Shown here: in pieces, positions 31,464 through 41,090 of the stretch
Position numbering within the stretch: the first letter of the stretch is position 1
Layout: each line of letters starts with the position of its first letter
Notes under the pieces: generated by a model
What the model was told of the DNA's origin: nothing
Database searches by the model: none
The model's input: only the letters and a program-made list of their open reading frames with translations
DNA from: an uncultured delta proteobacterium
GTDB taxonomy: Bacteria > Myxococcota > Myxococcia > Myxococcales > Myxococcaceae
Direction of reading: 5' to 3'
Assembly: GCA_963713045.1 (NCBI GenBank)
Contig: CAVQKE010000005.1
Span: 32,001 to 96,000, forward strand
Length of the DNA: 64,000 nt
Translations under genes and position numbers: made by a program

Positions 31464-34400
31464 ATGGTGGTGCGTCCGAAGTTCCGCGTGTGGAGGACCG
31501 CTCCGGTCCCGGTCATCGTTCTGCTGGTTGCCTTCATTGGCTGCGGCAGGAGCGCTGAAGACCCCGAGGGCAACAATCTCAACACTGTGTCGAGCAGGTA
31601 CAGCACCTGCCCGGTCAATCCGTACGCACTCGCCCTGGGTCTGGTCACCAACAACTGCTGCGACGGCGGCGACTGCGGGGACGGTGGCGTCGATGGCGGA
31701 AGCGATGGCGGCCCGGACGGCGGCTGGGACGGCGGGAGTGATGCCGGGCCTGACGGCGGCATGGATGGCGGGGAAGACGCCGGGGAAGACGGCGGGAGTG
31801 ATGCCGGGCCCGACGCCGGCATGGATGGCGGGAACGACGGCGGGAACGACGCCGGGTCGGACGCCGGCATGGATGGCGGGAACGACGGCGGAGAGGACGG
31901 TGGAGCGTCGGATGCCGGCAGCGCCGACGCCGGCGGGGATGGTGGCAGCGGGGACGGCGGAATGTCCGACGGGGGAACGTCCGATGGTGGCAACTCGGAC
32001 GCAGGAGGAAGTGACGGAGGAAGCTCCGACGGCGGGAGCGACGATGATGGTGGTTACGGGGGTGGTGGCGGCGGTGGAGATGACGGAGGAACGGACGGCG
32101 GACCATCCTGCTCGTGCACATGCTCGGACGGTGAGTGCACCTATCCAAACGGCGACACCTGCCTCGACCTTCAGGCTGTCCCCGTCGACCGAGAGTCCGG
32201 TGAGATTGACAGCTCGCCAGCGCTGCTGATTTCGACGCCGCATCCTGTCTTTGCCATGCAGGAGGTGGCCTTGATGGCCGAGGGGCTAGCACCGAGCCCC
32301 TATGGAATCTCCGGGTACCTAACTCTCGAGGGCCTCGTCTTTTCGGGAATCGCCGACACGACACCCGACGCGACCATCGACAGCGTCCGACTCTTCGTCG
32401 ATGACAACCCGGACCCGATTGAGCTGCCGCTGCAGGTCTACAAGGACTCGACCGGCGACTTGGGGGCGCCCTACCCCTACGTCGGTACCCTGTCGGCGTT
32501 TGTTCCCATCGACGGACTGATGGCCGACTCAAGTGGCACTGGGTGGGCAGTGTTCCGCCTGGAAGCCTCTGACGCGTTGGGAAATGGCGTCGCCGAGGTC
32601 ACCTTTACCGTCGACTTGAGTCCGCTCAACGCCGACGTCTTTCCTCAGTACCTGGAAGCTCAAGGTCCCGACTTCAACTTCGATGATTCCGATGATGACA
32701 CCCACCCGTCGGTCATTCGCGTCGGTGGGCCACAAGACCTCATCTCCTCCTCCGGATTCCAAGTGGAGACATTCGACGGCCTGCGTTCAGTCATCCAGTG
32801 GGACGACGGGAATTATTACGTTGCGACCGAGGCCGGTGATCGCCCCGAGGTGATGCTGGCGATTCCCGACGAGGCCGGTGACGAGGGTGACTATCTCGAC
32901 GAGAGCGGAGGGGACAACGGACCTCCATGTGGCGGGGGGGGCGATGGGTCTCCAGGGGCCCTCCTCGCGAAGCGCCTGGCAGCGCTGTACGGAACGCCTC
33001 CGACCTCAAAGCAGAGTTCCTCAGCGGCACCGGTTCCTCCGCCCCGGTATGCACCCCTCAGCGGCACGACGCCGCCAAATGTCCTGGCGCCGACCAGGCT
33101 CACCGGCGCCACGACCAACACGCCCCCACCCTCGAGCGCTCTCACTTCACGCCTTGGCGGCTTAGGTGGCCAAGAAGCGCGAAGTGCGGTCACGCCGTAC
33201 AGCGCGGCCGCACTCGCCAGCGGACAGGCAAATCCCTTTGCCGGCTTTGCTGGAAGCACCCTCTTCGGCGGCGGTGGGATTTTTGGTCCCTTCTGGTTCC
33301 TGGTCGGCTTCGTTGCAGGGTTCGGCGAGGGTGGCGTCGATATGGTGGTCGGGACGGTCAAGGTGGCCGTGGCCGTCCCGATGTACACGGTCCGAGGTAG
33401 CTGGGCGCTCGTTACGCACCCGAGAAGCACCCTCAATCAAGCGTGGCAACAGGCTCAAGCGGGCTGGGACTTCGTCTACCAAGCCGGAAGCATGGTCTTC
33501 GCCCTGGGGACCCAAGGCCAGGACTTTCTAGGAAGGGTGATTGCAGGAGACCCGGAGGCGCTTCAGGTCGGCGATGCAGTTCTTCGAGCGGCCATCGAAC
33601 TGACCGCGGAGATTATTTCGGACGCATTTAACGATTACATCGACCTGTACGAACAAGACCCTTACGCGGCGGGACGACTCTTTGGAAAGGGCATGTTTGA
33701 AGTCGCCTCGCTCGTCGCCCCCTACGCCAAGCTCGGAAAGCTCTCGCAGATTTCTAAACTCGAACTCCTCGAGAACATCCAGCTGAACCTCGGGCGGATT
33801 GAAATGTTCCAGCGGCCGGGAGCGGCCCGCAAGCTCGAGACGCTGATCGAGGGGATACGCATCCTCATTCAGCTCTGTTTCCCGGCGGGAACGCCGGTGC
33901 TCACGCCGAACGGCCCCGTTCCGATTGAACAGCTTCATGTCGGCGACCGCGTCATCTCACGAGATCAAGCGACAGGCCTACAAGCCTCTCGAACGGTCCT
34001 GGCCACCGCATCGACCACCCCGACAACCCTGTTCCACATTCGCTACCGCCTCAATCAACCGTCCGTCCCTGTGGAAGCGGCTTGGGCAGCGACGGTTGCC
34101 CATCGCTCGCGGCCGCGAGGAGAGAGCAACGGAGATGACGAGCCGCCGGTAGAAATTGTCTCAACGGGTACCCACCCATTCTGGGTCGAGCAGCGCGATG
34201 CCTTCATCGAGGCCGAGGATCTCGAGACCGGCGACCGCCTCCGACTGGCCAGCGGCGGAACCGCCGACGTGGTTTCGGTCGAGCGCGAAGATTCAGCTCC
34301 TGGAAAGCATTTCCATACCTACAACCTCGAAGTCGATCAATTCCATACGTACTTCGCGGGCCCTGACGCACTCTGGGTCCACAACCGCGGCTTCTCCTGC

Positions 34401-35042
34401 CAGAAATTCGACAGCCTCTTCATCCAAACAAAGCAGTACGTTGCCACCACCTTAGGTCGCCCAGCCGCCGACGCTTGGGACGTCTTCCAAGTCACCTGGC
34501 AAACAAACTTTAGCAAGAAGGACCCGAGCAAATTTGACTTTGATGTCAAGGACGTCAAGAAGTTGATGTTCGAATTCGAAAAGGTTTTCCCCAATGCGAA
34601 GCCGCGGACCGTCAGGTACTCGGACTGGGGGCCAAAGACTGACACCCAATGGCTCAAAAATCTGGACATTCAGGGTAACCACTGGTGGCCGAAAAACGCG
34701 CTTGGGTCTGCCAAAACTGCTGGCGGCGCCGATACTGAGGGCGCAGTCTTCGCTCTGGCGACGCCCTATCTTCACACCAACGCCCCGCACGGCGTTCATT
34801 CGCAGATGTTCGAGTTCTTCAATGGCGTGTTTGGAACGGGAAGCAACGCGGAGATGAAAGCTGCCTTTTCAAGAGGCGCCAGGCCTCCCGCCCCCGCGCT
34901 AAAGGGCAAGGCGCTCTTTGACAAGCAGCAAGAACTGCTGAAACAGTTTTACAAGGAGAGATTCAACCTGGACATGCCGACCTTCGTGTACGACTCAACC
35001 CTTCCAAACCAGGGCCGCGGCGTCTTTCGCCCCGGGATGTAG
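31464..35042 (+). CDS. Polymorphic toxin-like lipoprotein with pretoxin HINT domain
   Basis: Lipobox FIGC, DGG repeats, hydrophobic helical region, HINT (CFPAGT...YNLEV...HTYF...WVHN), distinct His-rich C-terminal domain. Confidence 0.85.
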   Translation: MVVRPKFRVWRTAPVPVIVLLVAFIGCGRSAEDPEGNNLNTVSSRYSTCPVNPYALALGLVTNNCCDGGDCGDGGVDGGSDGGPDGGWDGGSDAGPDGGMDGGEDAGEDGGSDAGPDAGMDGGNDGGNDAGSDAGMDGGNDGGEDGGASDAGSADAGGDGGSGDGGMSDGGTSDGGNSDAGGSDGGSSDGGSDDDGGYGGGGGGGDDGGTDGGPSCSCTCSDGECTYPNGDTCLDLQAVPVDRESGEIDSSPALLISTPHPVFAMQEVALMAEGLAPSPYGISGYLTLEGLVFSGIADTTPDATIDSVRLFVDDNPDPIELPLQVYKDSTGDLGAPYPYVGTLSAFVPIDGLMADSSGTGWAVFRLEASDALGNGVAEVTFTVDLSPLNADVFPQYLEAQGPDFNFDDSDDDTHPSVIRVGGPQDLISSSGFQVETFDGLRSVIQWDDGNYYVATEAGDRPEVMLAIPDEAGDEGDYLDESGGDNGPPCGGGGDGSPGALLAKRLAALYGTPPTSKQSSSAAPVPPPRYAPLSGTTPPNVLAPTRLTGATTNTPPPSSALTSRLGGLGGQEARSAVTPYSAAALASGQANPFAGFAGSTLFGGGGIFGPFWFLVGFVAGFGEGGVDMVVGTVKVAVAVPMYTVRGSWALVTHPRSTLNQAWQQAQAGWDFVYQAGSMVFALGTQGQDFLGRVIAGDPEALQVGDAVLRAAIELTAEIISDAFNDYIDLYEQDPYAAGRLFGKGMFEVASLVAPYAKLGKLSQISKLELLENIQLNLGRIEMFQRPGAARKLETLIEGIRILIQLCFPAGTPVLTPNGPVPIEQLHVGDRVISRDQATGLQASRTVLATASTTPTTLFHIRYRLNQPSVPVEAAWAATVAHRSRPRGESNGDDEPPVEIVSTGTHPFWVEQRDAFIEAEDLETGDRLRLASGGTADVVSVEREDSAPGKHFHTYNLEVDQFHTYFAGPDALWVHNRGFSCQKFDSLFIQTKQYVATTLGRPAADAWDVFQVTWQTNFSKKDPSKFDFDVKDVKKLMFEFEKVFPNAKPRTVRYSDWGPKTDTQWLKNLDIQGNHWWPKNALGSAKTAGGADTEGAVFALATPYLHTNAPHGVHSQMFEFFNGVFGTGSNAEMKAAFSRGARPPAPALKGKALFDKQQELLKQFYKERFNLDMPTFVYDSTLPNQGRGVFRPGM
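31662..32102 (+). repeat. Coding tandem repeat, 12-nt unit encoding D-(G/A)-G-x with a higher-order 60-nt period
   Basis: GACGGCGGGAGTGATGCCGGGCC recurs at 60-nt spacing (31728, 31788). Confidence 0.9.
33876..34385 (+). other. HINT (intein-like) autoprocessing domain
   Basis: Begins CFPAGTPV, block B-like TGTHPFW, ends WVHN followed by Arg. Confidence 0.9.
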
Positions 35043-35054
35043 TCTGGACGCTTG

Positions 35055-36014
35055 ATGCGCACAAAAGCTCTCTTCTATTTTCGGCTACCCCCGCCTGAGC
35101 TCATGCCGAGGCTGCCAAGTAACCTTCGGTTTCTGGCGACCGCGCTCCAGCCGTATGGGCCACGAATTACCCGCGCGAACGTTGACGTCACGCCGTCTCA
35201 ACTTGAAGCAGTCATTGAGTGGGGAAGAACGCGGGTAAACGGTTCGACCGTGCTTCGCATAGCACGCCTCGACCAGCGCTATGACCGGCAAGAATTGGGC
35301 GAGGGACACGTTGAGCTTTTTAGGGACTTTCAATTCGAGCCCCCCGAGGTCCTCAATTTGACCTCAGCCTTCGAAGCTCGGTGGAGCTGTCCAAATTGTA
35401 CTCGGGTGGACATGTCGCAGGTCGGGGCACTCGTGGTGGACGGCATCAACCCAGACGTCGACGTCCAACTGACCGAGACATACGAGGTCTTGCTTCCGAG
35501 TCGGCTCGCCAGCACTGCGGAACGCGCGGGAGCGGCCATCAGGCCACTGCAGGGCCGGAAGGACTTTGTACAACTGATGGCCACTCCTACCGTGACACTC
35601 GTCCCGGTATTTCCGCTCGCCATGGTGGACGACCCATGCCCAGGTTGCGGACGCATCACCTCCGACCGCAGCGACTATGTCGAGGGCGTACTATTCGCCG
35701 ACGGGGATACAGGGTTGACGGTCGCACAGGAGTGGCCGCTCACCCTCCACCCAGGGCCGGACGTCCTCGGAAAGTCGAAAGATCGGATCGGCTGGCGTGG
35801 AGAGGTTTCAGACGAGAAAAAACATGCCGTCGGCCAGCAGCTCGACATGGAGAAAGAAAAAGATTGGGTGTCCGGCGAGACGGTCGTCGTGGTGAAACTC
35901 ACTCTCGTTGACGCCCTTCTGGGAGCAGGAGCGCGCATCCCCTCCTTACGACCGGCTGTGATGGCCGACGAGAAGGCCGCAGTGCCAATCGGCACAAAAT
36001 CCCCCGGCGGGTGA
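35055..36014 (+). CDS. Putative immunity protein with two CxxC motifs
   Basis: Starts 12 nt after the toxin stop; no signal peptide; CPNC and CPGCG. Confidence 0.6.
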   Translation: MRTKALFYFRLPPPELMPRLPSNLRFLATALQPYGPRITRANVDVTPSQLEAVIEWGRTRVNGSTVLRIARLDQRYDRQELGEGHVELFRDFQFEPPEVLNLTSAFEARWSCPNCTRVDMSQVGALVVDGINPDVDVQLTETYEVLLPSRLASTAERAGAAIRPLQGRKDFVQLMATPTVTLVPVFPLAMVDDPCPGCGRITSDRSDYVEGVLFADGDTGLTVAQEWPLTLHPGPDVLGKSKDRIGWRGEVSDEKKHAVGQQLDMEKEKDWVSGETVVVVKLTLVDALLGAGARIPSLRPAVMADEKAAVPIGTKSPGG

Positions 36015-36120
36015 AACGGTGTCCAGGATTCCTTCTACCGACCCCGGGCCGATGCGGCCCAAGCCTTCCAACGCACCCGCTCGTGCCGTTGAGAAGTGCG
36101 GAACTCCAGAGGGAGGACTC

Positions 36121-37737
36121 ATGCGGCATCTTGTCATCTGGCTCGTGGCCTTCCAAGTCGCCACGCTGCTTCCTGCGTGCAGTTCCAAAGAGAGTGACAC
36201 CACGGCACCACCGCCTTCCATCGCGACGGTCGATCCAAACTCTGGCCCGACTGCAGGCCAGACGGCGGTCACCATCTTTGGAGCCAATTTCCAATCCGGG
36301 GCGACCGTTCAGTTCGGCTCAGCTCAAGCCACCGGTGTGACTTTCAGTGAGGCGTCCAGCCTCTCTGCCTTGACGCCTGCTGGCTTGGCCGAGGCCGTCG
36401 ATGTCACCGTCAGGAACCCGGACGGGCAAGTCGCCGTGCTCACGCGCGGATTCAGCTACATCGCCCCAGTCGCCTGTGCCGTGCCGACGGCCATTACCAG
36501 CAACATGACTCTCGACCCAAGTTGTGTCTGGACGGTGACGGATACAGTCGTGGTGGGAGGGCCGTCCAGTCCGGTTCTCACCGTCCTCCCCGGGACAACC
36601 GTGCTGTTCGCGCCCAATCTTAATGGCTTTCTCACCGCTGCTTTACAGGTGGGAGTTGCCCAACCTGGCTCACTTGTGGCCAACGGCACCAGCACCGCCG
36701 GAATTACCTTCACCTCGGCCAGTGCCGCTCCAGCCGCCGGTGACTGGGGCGGAATTGTGATTGGCCCCGGAAGTGCCGGGACCTCCTTCCAGTATGCCTC
36801 GATTCTGTACGCTGGCGGGCCGGGTGCAAATGACATTGAAGACGACGCCGCCCTGACTTTGGAAGGAGGGGACATTGTGGGGGGCTCTCAATCTCCCGCT
36901 CCCACCCTTGCCAACGTCACCATCAGCAACTCCGCCGCGCACGGATTGGTCTTCGCAGGCGTAAGTACCGGCTTCGGTCAGAGTTCAGGAAACATCCAGA
37001 TCGAGAACTGGGAGCTCAGCTCCCACTTCCCTGTGGTTATCGAGGCCAATGAGGCCGGGACTCTGCCAACGACACTCTCGCTGACACCAGCGACGGGTCC
37101 GACCTCCGTGGTGGCGCTGAATAGCTACGCTGGCGGTGACTGCAACGTCACGTCGAGCACCACCTGGCCAGCGATGCCCTATCCGTACCTTAGCGTCGCG
37201 AATATTATTGTCTCGCCCCTGAGCGCATCCGACCCATCCGTGACGCTGACCATTGCGCCCAACATCATCCAGTTTTCGTCAGGCGTGGAGCTCGACGTAG
37301 ATCCCAACCTCTATGGAACTGGCTTCCTACAGGCGAACGGGACTTCATCTCATCAAATTTCATTCACCACAAACCAGGCGACCCCGACTGCCGGAGCATG
37401 GGGTGGCGTCAACTTCTGGTGCGTTGGAAACGCGCAATTCTCAAATTCGTCTCTAACGTACGCGTCGATTCAGTGGGCAACCTCAGCTAACCAGGCGAAC
37501 AACGACACGGGGGAAGTCGCAGTTCTCAACGGCACGGCATCGCCCACCGGCTTGCAGGGTCCTGTCATCGCCAACTGCTCATTTGACGGCTACTCTGATT
37601 ACGGAATCGCCATGGTGGACGTCGACAACACAACCTATAATTCTTATGTCGCGAACAACACTTTCGGAACCAGCAAAAAGGTTGTCCTGTACTGCACTGG
37701 CCTAATAACGGACGGAAGCTGTAATTCCGCGCCTTGA
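36121..37737 (+). CDS. IPT/TIG-domain lipoprotein with beta-helix-like repeats
   Basis: GGAGG RBS, LLPAC lipobox, PNSGPTAGQTAVTIFGANF IPT motif, two A(N)GT...I.FT...G.WGG repeats. Confidence 0.8.
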   Translation: MRHLVIWLVAFQVATLLPACSSKESDTTAPPPSIATVDPNSGPTAGQTAVTIFGANFQSGATVQFGSAQATGVTFSEASSLSALTPAGLAEAVDVTVRNPDGQVAVLTRGFSYIAPVACAVPTAITSNMTLDPSCVWTVTDTVVVGGPSSPVLTVLPGTTVLFAPNLNGFLTAALQVGVAQPGSLVANGTSTAGITFTSASAAPAAGDWGGIVIGPGSAGTSFQYASILYAGGPGANDIEDDAALTLEGGDIVGGSQSPAPTLANVTISNSAAHGLVFAGVSTGFGQSSGNIQIENWELSSHFPVVIEANEAGTLPTTLSLTPATGPTSVVALNSYAGGDCNVTSSTTWPAMPYPYLSVANIIVSPLSASDPSVTLTIAPNIIQFSSGVELDVDPNLYGTGFLQANGTSSHQISFTTNQATPTAGAWGGVNFWCVGNAQFSNSSLTYASIQWATSANQANNDTGEVAVLNGTASPTGLQGPVIANCSFDGYSDYGIAMVDVDNTTYNSYVANNTFGTSKKVVLYCTGLITDGSCNSAP

Positions 37738-38313
37738 TCAGTAGACCGACCTCCAGGCTTAGGCGTGAGGGGCTTCTGGTCCGAGCCCGATGCACATCAC
37801 TCGGTGACGTCGACGCGAGCGCCACTAGCTTCTCGACGCCTCTCCAGAATCTGACTGAAGCCCTCCGCCGGCGGCCACGGCAGCAGGTCATCCGTGGCGG
37901 TTGTACCGACCTAATCGGAGTACGGTCGTGAATAGCCGGGTCCTTGTGGCGGAGCAGGCCCGGACGGTCTAACCGCTGACGCCGAGCGCGCACGGATGGA
38001 GTTCACGTTCGGATTGTCGGGTTGGCCATTAAACTGAGCGGCAGTAACATCGTCACGCGTGCCCGAGCCGATTCACCCCGGCCGCGCCATGACTTGGCAG
38101 ACCGACCTGTTGAGGAAGGTCGTCGATTTGCCGTGATTCCCGGGCTCCCCCTCACCGACTGCCTCGAAAGCAACGGAGCGGTGATATGCGCACCTTGTCC
38201 CGGGTGGCGCACAACGGCTCTGGGGAGAGCCCGCCGCCGCTGGCACAGGCGAGGTGTGGGACGCGTCGAACGCATCAAGAACAATGCGCAACAAGCGAAA
38301 GGGATGTGACGCG

Positions 38314-38608
38314 ATGAACGTAATGGTTCGTTACAAGGTGAAAGTGGATCGAATCCGATGAGAACGCTCGGCTCATTCTAGAGGTGTTCGCGGAACTCGG
38401 AGAAAAGCGGCCCCACGGCATCCGCTACACCTCCTACCGACTGGCCGATGGCGTTAGCTTCGTTCACATCGCGATGGTGGAGGGGGGGCAGAACCCGCTG
38501 CTCGCGATCGAAGCCTTCAAACGGTTCACGAGCGCCATCAAAGAGCGGTGCGAAGAGCCTCCGGTGACGACCGATTTCACGGTGGTCGGTTCGTACCCGG
38601 TGCATTAG
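38314..38608 (+). CDS. Small hypothetical protein (ABM-like fold), frameshift near 38355
   Basis: MNVMVRYKVK...(D)ENARLILEVFAEL...YTSYRLADGVSFVH across one extra base. Confidence 0.65.
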
Positions 38609-38876
38609 TGGCGGCCGGTAAGTCCGCCGGGCCGAGAACCGGGGAGCAAAGGAACTAGCGCCAGCGTTGCGCTTCGCTCGGTCCACATCGCCAGCCACTT
38701 GCAAGAGCTTCTCAGGGATGCTCCTGACCGCGTCACCGCCGAGGGGAGTCGCAACCACGTAGTCGGCGCCCCTCATGCGGCCAGCAAGACCCGTTCTATA
38801 GGAAATCCTCTGTAGGATTTGGGTTGTCTCCCCCCGCGGACACTGAGAGCGAGTCCGCAGGCGTAGGTAGCTACAC

Positions 38877-39947
38877 TCACGACAGTTGATAGCCGGCGAC
38901 CTCGATAACCGCTTTGGCAAAGGCCTCTGGGGCTTCTTGAGGCACATTGTGACCGATGCCTTTGAGGATTTGATGCGAATACTTGCCCGAGAACTTCTTG
39001 GAATAGGCTGTGCCGTCCGCCGCTGCGCCATCGAAATCACTGGCGATGGTGATGGCGGGGACGGTAATCACCGGGCCCTGAAACAGCTTCTGCTCCAGGT
39101 GATCGTATTTCGGCTCGCCTTTAGCAAGGCCCAGGCGCCAACGATAATTATGGACTACGATGGCGACGTGATCGGGGTTGTTGAAGGAAGCTGCGGTACG
39201 ATCGAATGTAGCATCGTCGAAGTTCCATTTTGGTGAAACGATCTTCCAGATGAGTTTGTTAAAATCGTGGGTGTATTCGGCGTAGCCAAGCTTCCCCCGT
39301 TCGGTCGAGAAATAGTACTGGTACCACCATGCATATTCGCCCTGTGGCGGCAGCGGCTGTTCGTTTGCCTTGATACTCGCTATCAGATAGCCACTCACTG
39401 AGACGATTGCCTTGCAGCGTTCTGGCCACAGTGCGGCCATGATGTCGGCCGTCCGCGCTCCCCAATCAAACCCGGCGATGATCGCCTGACGGATTTTGAG
39501 AGCGTCCATCAAGGCGATGACGTCGAGAGCAACGACGGATTGCTGACCGTTCCGGAACGTTTCACTTGAGAGAAAACGTGTCGTTCCATAGCCGCGCAGA
39601 TACGGGACAAGGACCCTGTAGCCCGAAGAGGCCAACAAAGGGGCCACGCTGACGTAGCTGTGGATGTCGTATGGCCAGCCGTGCAGAAGGATAACTGCAG
39701 TTCCATTGGCAGGGCCGGCTTCAGCGTAGCCAACATTTAACAGCCCGGCCTTGATCAGCTTGAGGTCTCCGAAGGAGGTGTTCGTCACCGGTTTAGGCGG
39801 AGGTACGCTCGATGCGGCGGGATTACCGGGCTGAGCTGTTGCAGATCCGATCGCGCCCAGTTTGGCAGCAGCAATAGTGACGGCCGCCGTGCCAAGAAAG
39901 TGGCGCCGTTGATGGTTGATTTCTTTCGGCGTTTTGCCGTTATCCAT
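38877..39947 (-). CDS. Alpha/beta hydrolase with Tat-like signal
   Basis: QRRHFL, LLHGWPYD, GFDWG, GHNVPQEAP. Confidence 0.9.
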   Translation of the reverse strand: MDNGKTPKEINHQRRHFLGTAAVTIAAAKLGAIGSATAQPGNPAASSVPPPKPVTNTSFGDLKLIKAGLLNVGYAEAGPANGTAVILLHGWPYDIHSYVSVAPLLASSGYRVLVPYLRGYGTTRFLSSETFRNGQQSVVALDVIALMDALKIRQAIIAGFDWGARTADIMAALWPERCKAIVSVSGYLIASIKANEQPLPPQGEYAWWYQYYFSTERGKLGYAEYTHDFNKLIWKIVSPKWNFDDATFDRTAASFNNPDHVAIVVHNYRWRLGLAKGEPKYDHLEQKLFQGPVITVPAITIASDFDGAAADGTAYSKKFSGKYSHQILKGIGHNVPQEAPEAFAKAVIEVAGYQLS

Positions 39948-40006
39948 GGGTGACCTCCTTGGGTTGACGCTTCCATTGGGAAGTGACTGCGCAGATGGGA
40001 GTGGGC

Positions 40007-40960
40007 TCAGCCTCCTTTCATTAGTTCCATGACGGCGTCCGCGAACGCCACTGGTGCCTCCTGGGGCAGGTTGTGACCGGCATCGGGAACGCGGTGATGA
40101 GTCCGAGGACCGGCAAATTTTGCCGCCGTCGACGAACCATCGGTTGCCGGATAGTTGCCGTCGGCCAAGCCGTCCAGCGTAATCGCCGGTACAGTGATCT
40201 CGGGCTGTGCTGCGAGCTTTCGTTCGATTTCCTCATAGGCCGTATAGCCGGGCGCGAGGCCAAGACGATGACGATAAGAATGGATGACCACCTCGACGTA
40301 GTCCGGGTTATCGAACGCCAGCGCGGTGCGCTCGAATGTCGCTTCATCAAAACGCCAAGACGGAGAGTTGCGCGACCAGATCACGCGAGCCACACCGCGC
40401 CGATCAGCCTGAAGTCCCCTACGGCCGCGCTCTGTCTGAAAGTAGTACTGGTACCAGAGGGCGGACTCGATCTTTGCTGGTACTGGACTCATCGCATGGG
40501 TAATGTCCTGAATTAAGTAGCTGTTGACAGAGACCAGGCCCTTGCAGCGATCCGGCCAAAGCGCCGCCGCGACACAGGCAGCGCGCCCGCCCCAATCGAA
40601 GCCGGCTAAGACGGCCTTGGGGATGCGCAGAGCGTTCATCAACGCGATCACGTCTGCGCCGATGGCTCCCTGCTGACCCGCTCGCGGTGTGGAGGCTTCG
40701 AGAAAGCGCGTGGACCCGTGACCGCGCAGATAGGGCACGACCACGCGGCAACCCCGGGCGGCGAGCGTCGGCGCAACATCGACAAAGCTATGTACGTCGT
40801 AGGGGTAGCCATGCAGAAGCAGGACCACTGGCCCGCCGCTCGGACCGGCTTCGAAGTAGCCAACGTCCAGAACGTCCGCGTGCACTTGTCGTTTTTGAGC
40901 TGACGGGAACGGCTCACCCGGCGAGATTGGTTGGCCTGGCATATCCATGGGCTCGGACAC
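40007..40960 (-). CDS. Alpha/beta hydrolase, paralog of the adjacent gene
   Basis: LLHGYPYD, GFDWGG, GHNLPQEAP. Confidence 0.9.
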   Translation of the reverse strand: MSEPMDMPGQPISPGEPFPSAQKRQVHADVLDVGYFEAGPSGGPVVLLLHGYPYDVHSFVDVAPTLAARGCRVVVPYLRGHGSTRFLEASTPRAGQQGAIGADVIALMNALRIPKAVLAGFDWGGRAACVAAALWPDRCKGLVSVNSYLIQDITHAMSPVPAKIESALWYQYYFQTERGRRGLQADRRGVARVIWSRNSPSWRFDEATFERTALAFDNPDYVEVVIHSYRHRLGLAPGYTAYEEIERKLAAQPEITVPAITLDGLADGNYPATDGSSTAAKFAGPRTHHRVPDAGHNLPQEAPVAFADAVMELMKGG

Positions 40961-41090
40961 TTGAGTTTCCTGTCGCGATTCGTTGGAAGTGATTGTGAAG
41001 TGCGGCCAGTTGCTCTGTCCGAACGTGCACGCGCGTGCGCCGCCCGCTCGGCAACTAAACCGCGCTTGGTGGAAAGACAGTGCGGCCAGC

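Noticed and set aside
31662..32102. Possible CRISPR array
   Set aside because: The repeats are in-frame coding units with no unique spacers, and there are no cas genes in the window.
33876..34385. Mobile splicing intein with homing endonuclease
   Set aside because: Only 170 aa, no LAGLIDADG motifs, and Arg at the +1 position; better explained as a pretoxin HINT domain.
37900..37965. LLRHKDPAI on the minus strand, resembling a tyrosine integrase C-terminal motif
   Set aside because: Too short and with no other catalytic motifs; it may be a remnant but cannot be supported.
38358..38360. TGA early in the small ORF at 38314 as another Sec codon
   Set aside because: The protein continues in a different frame, so a one-base insertion explains it.
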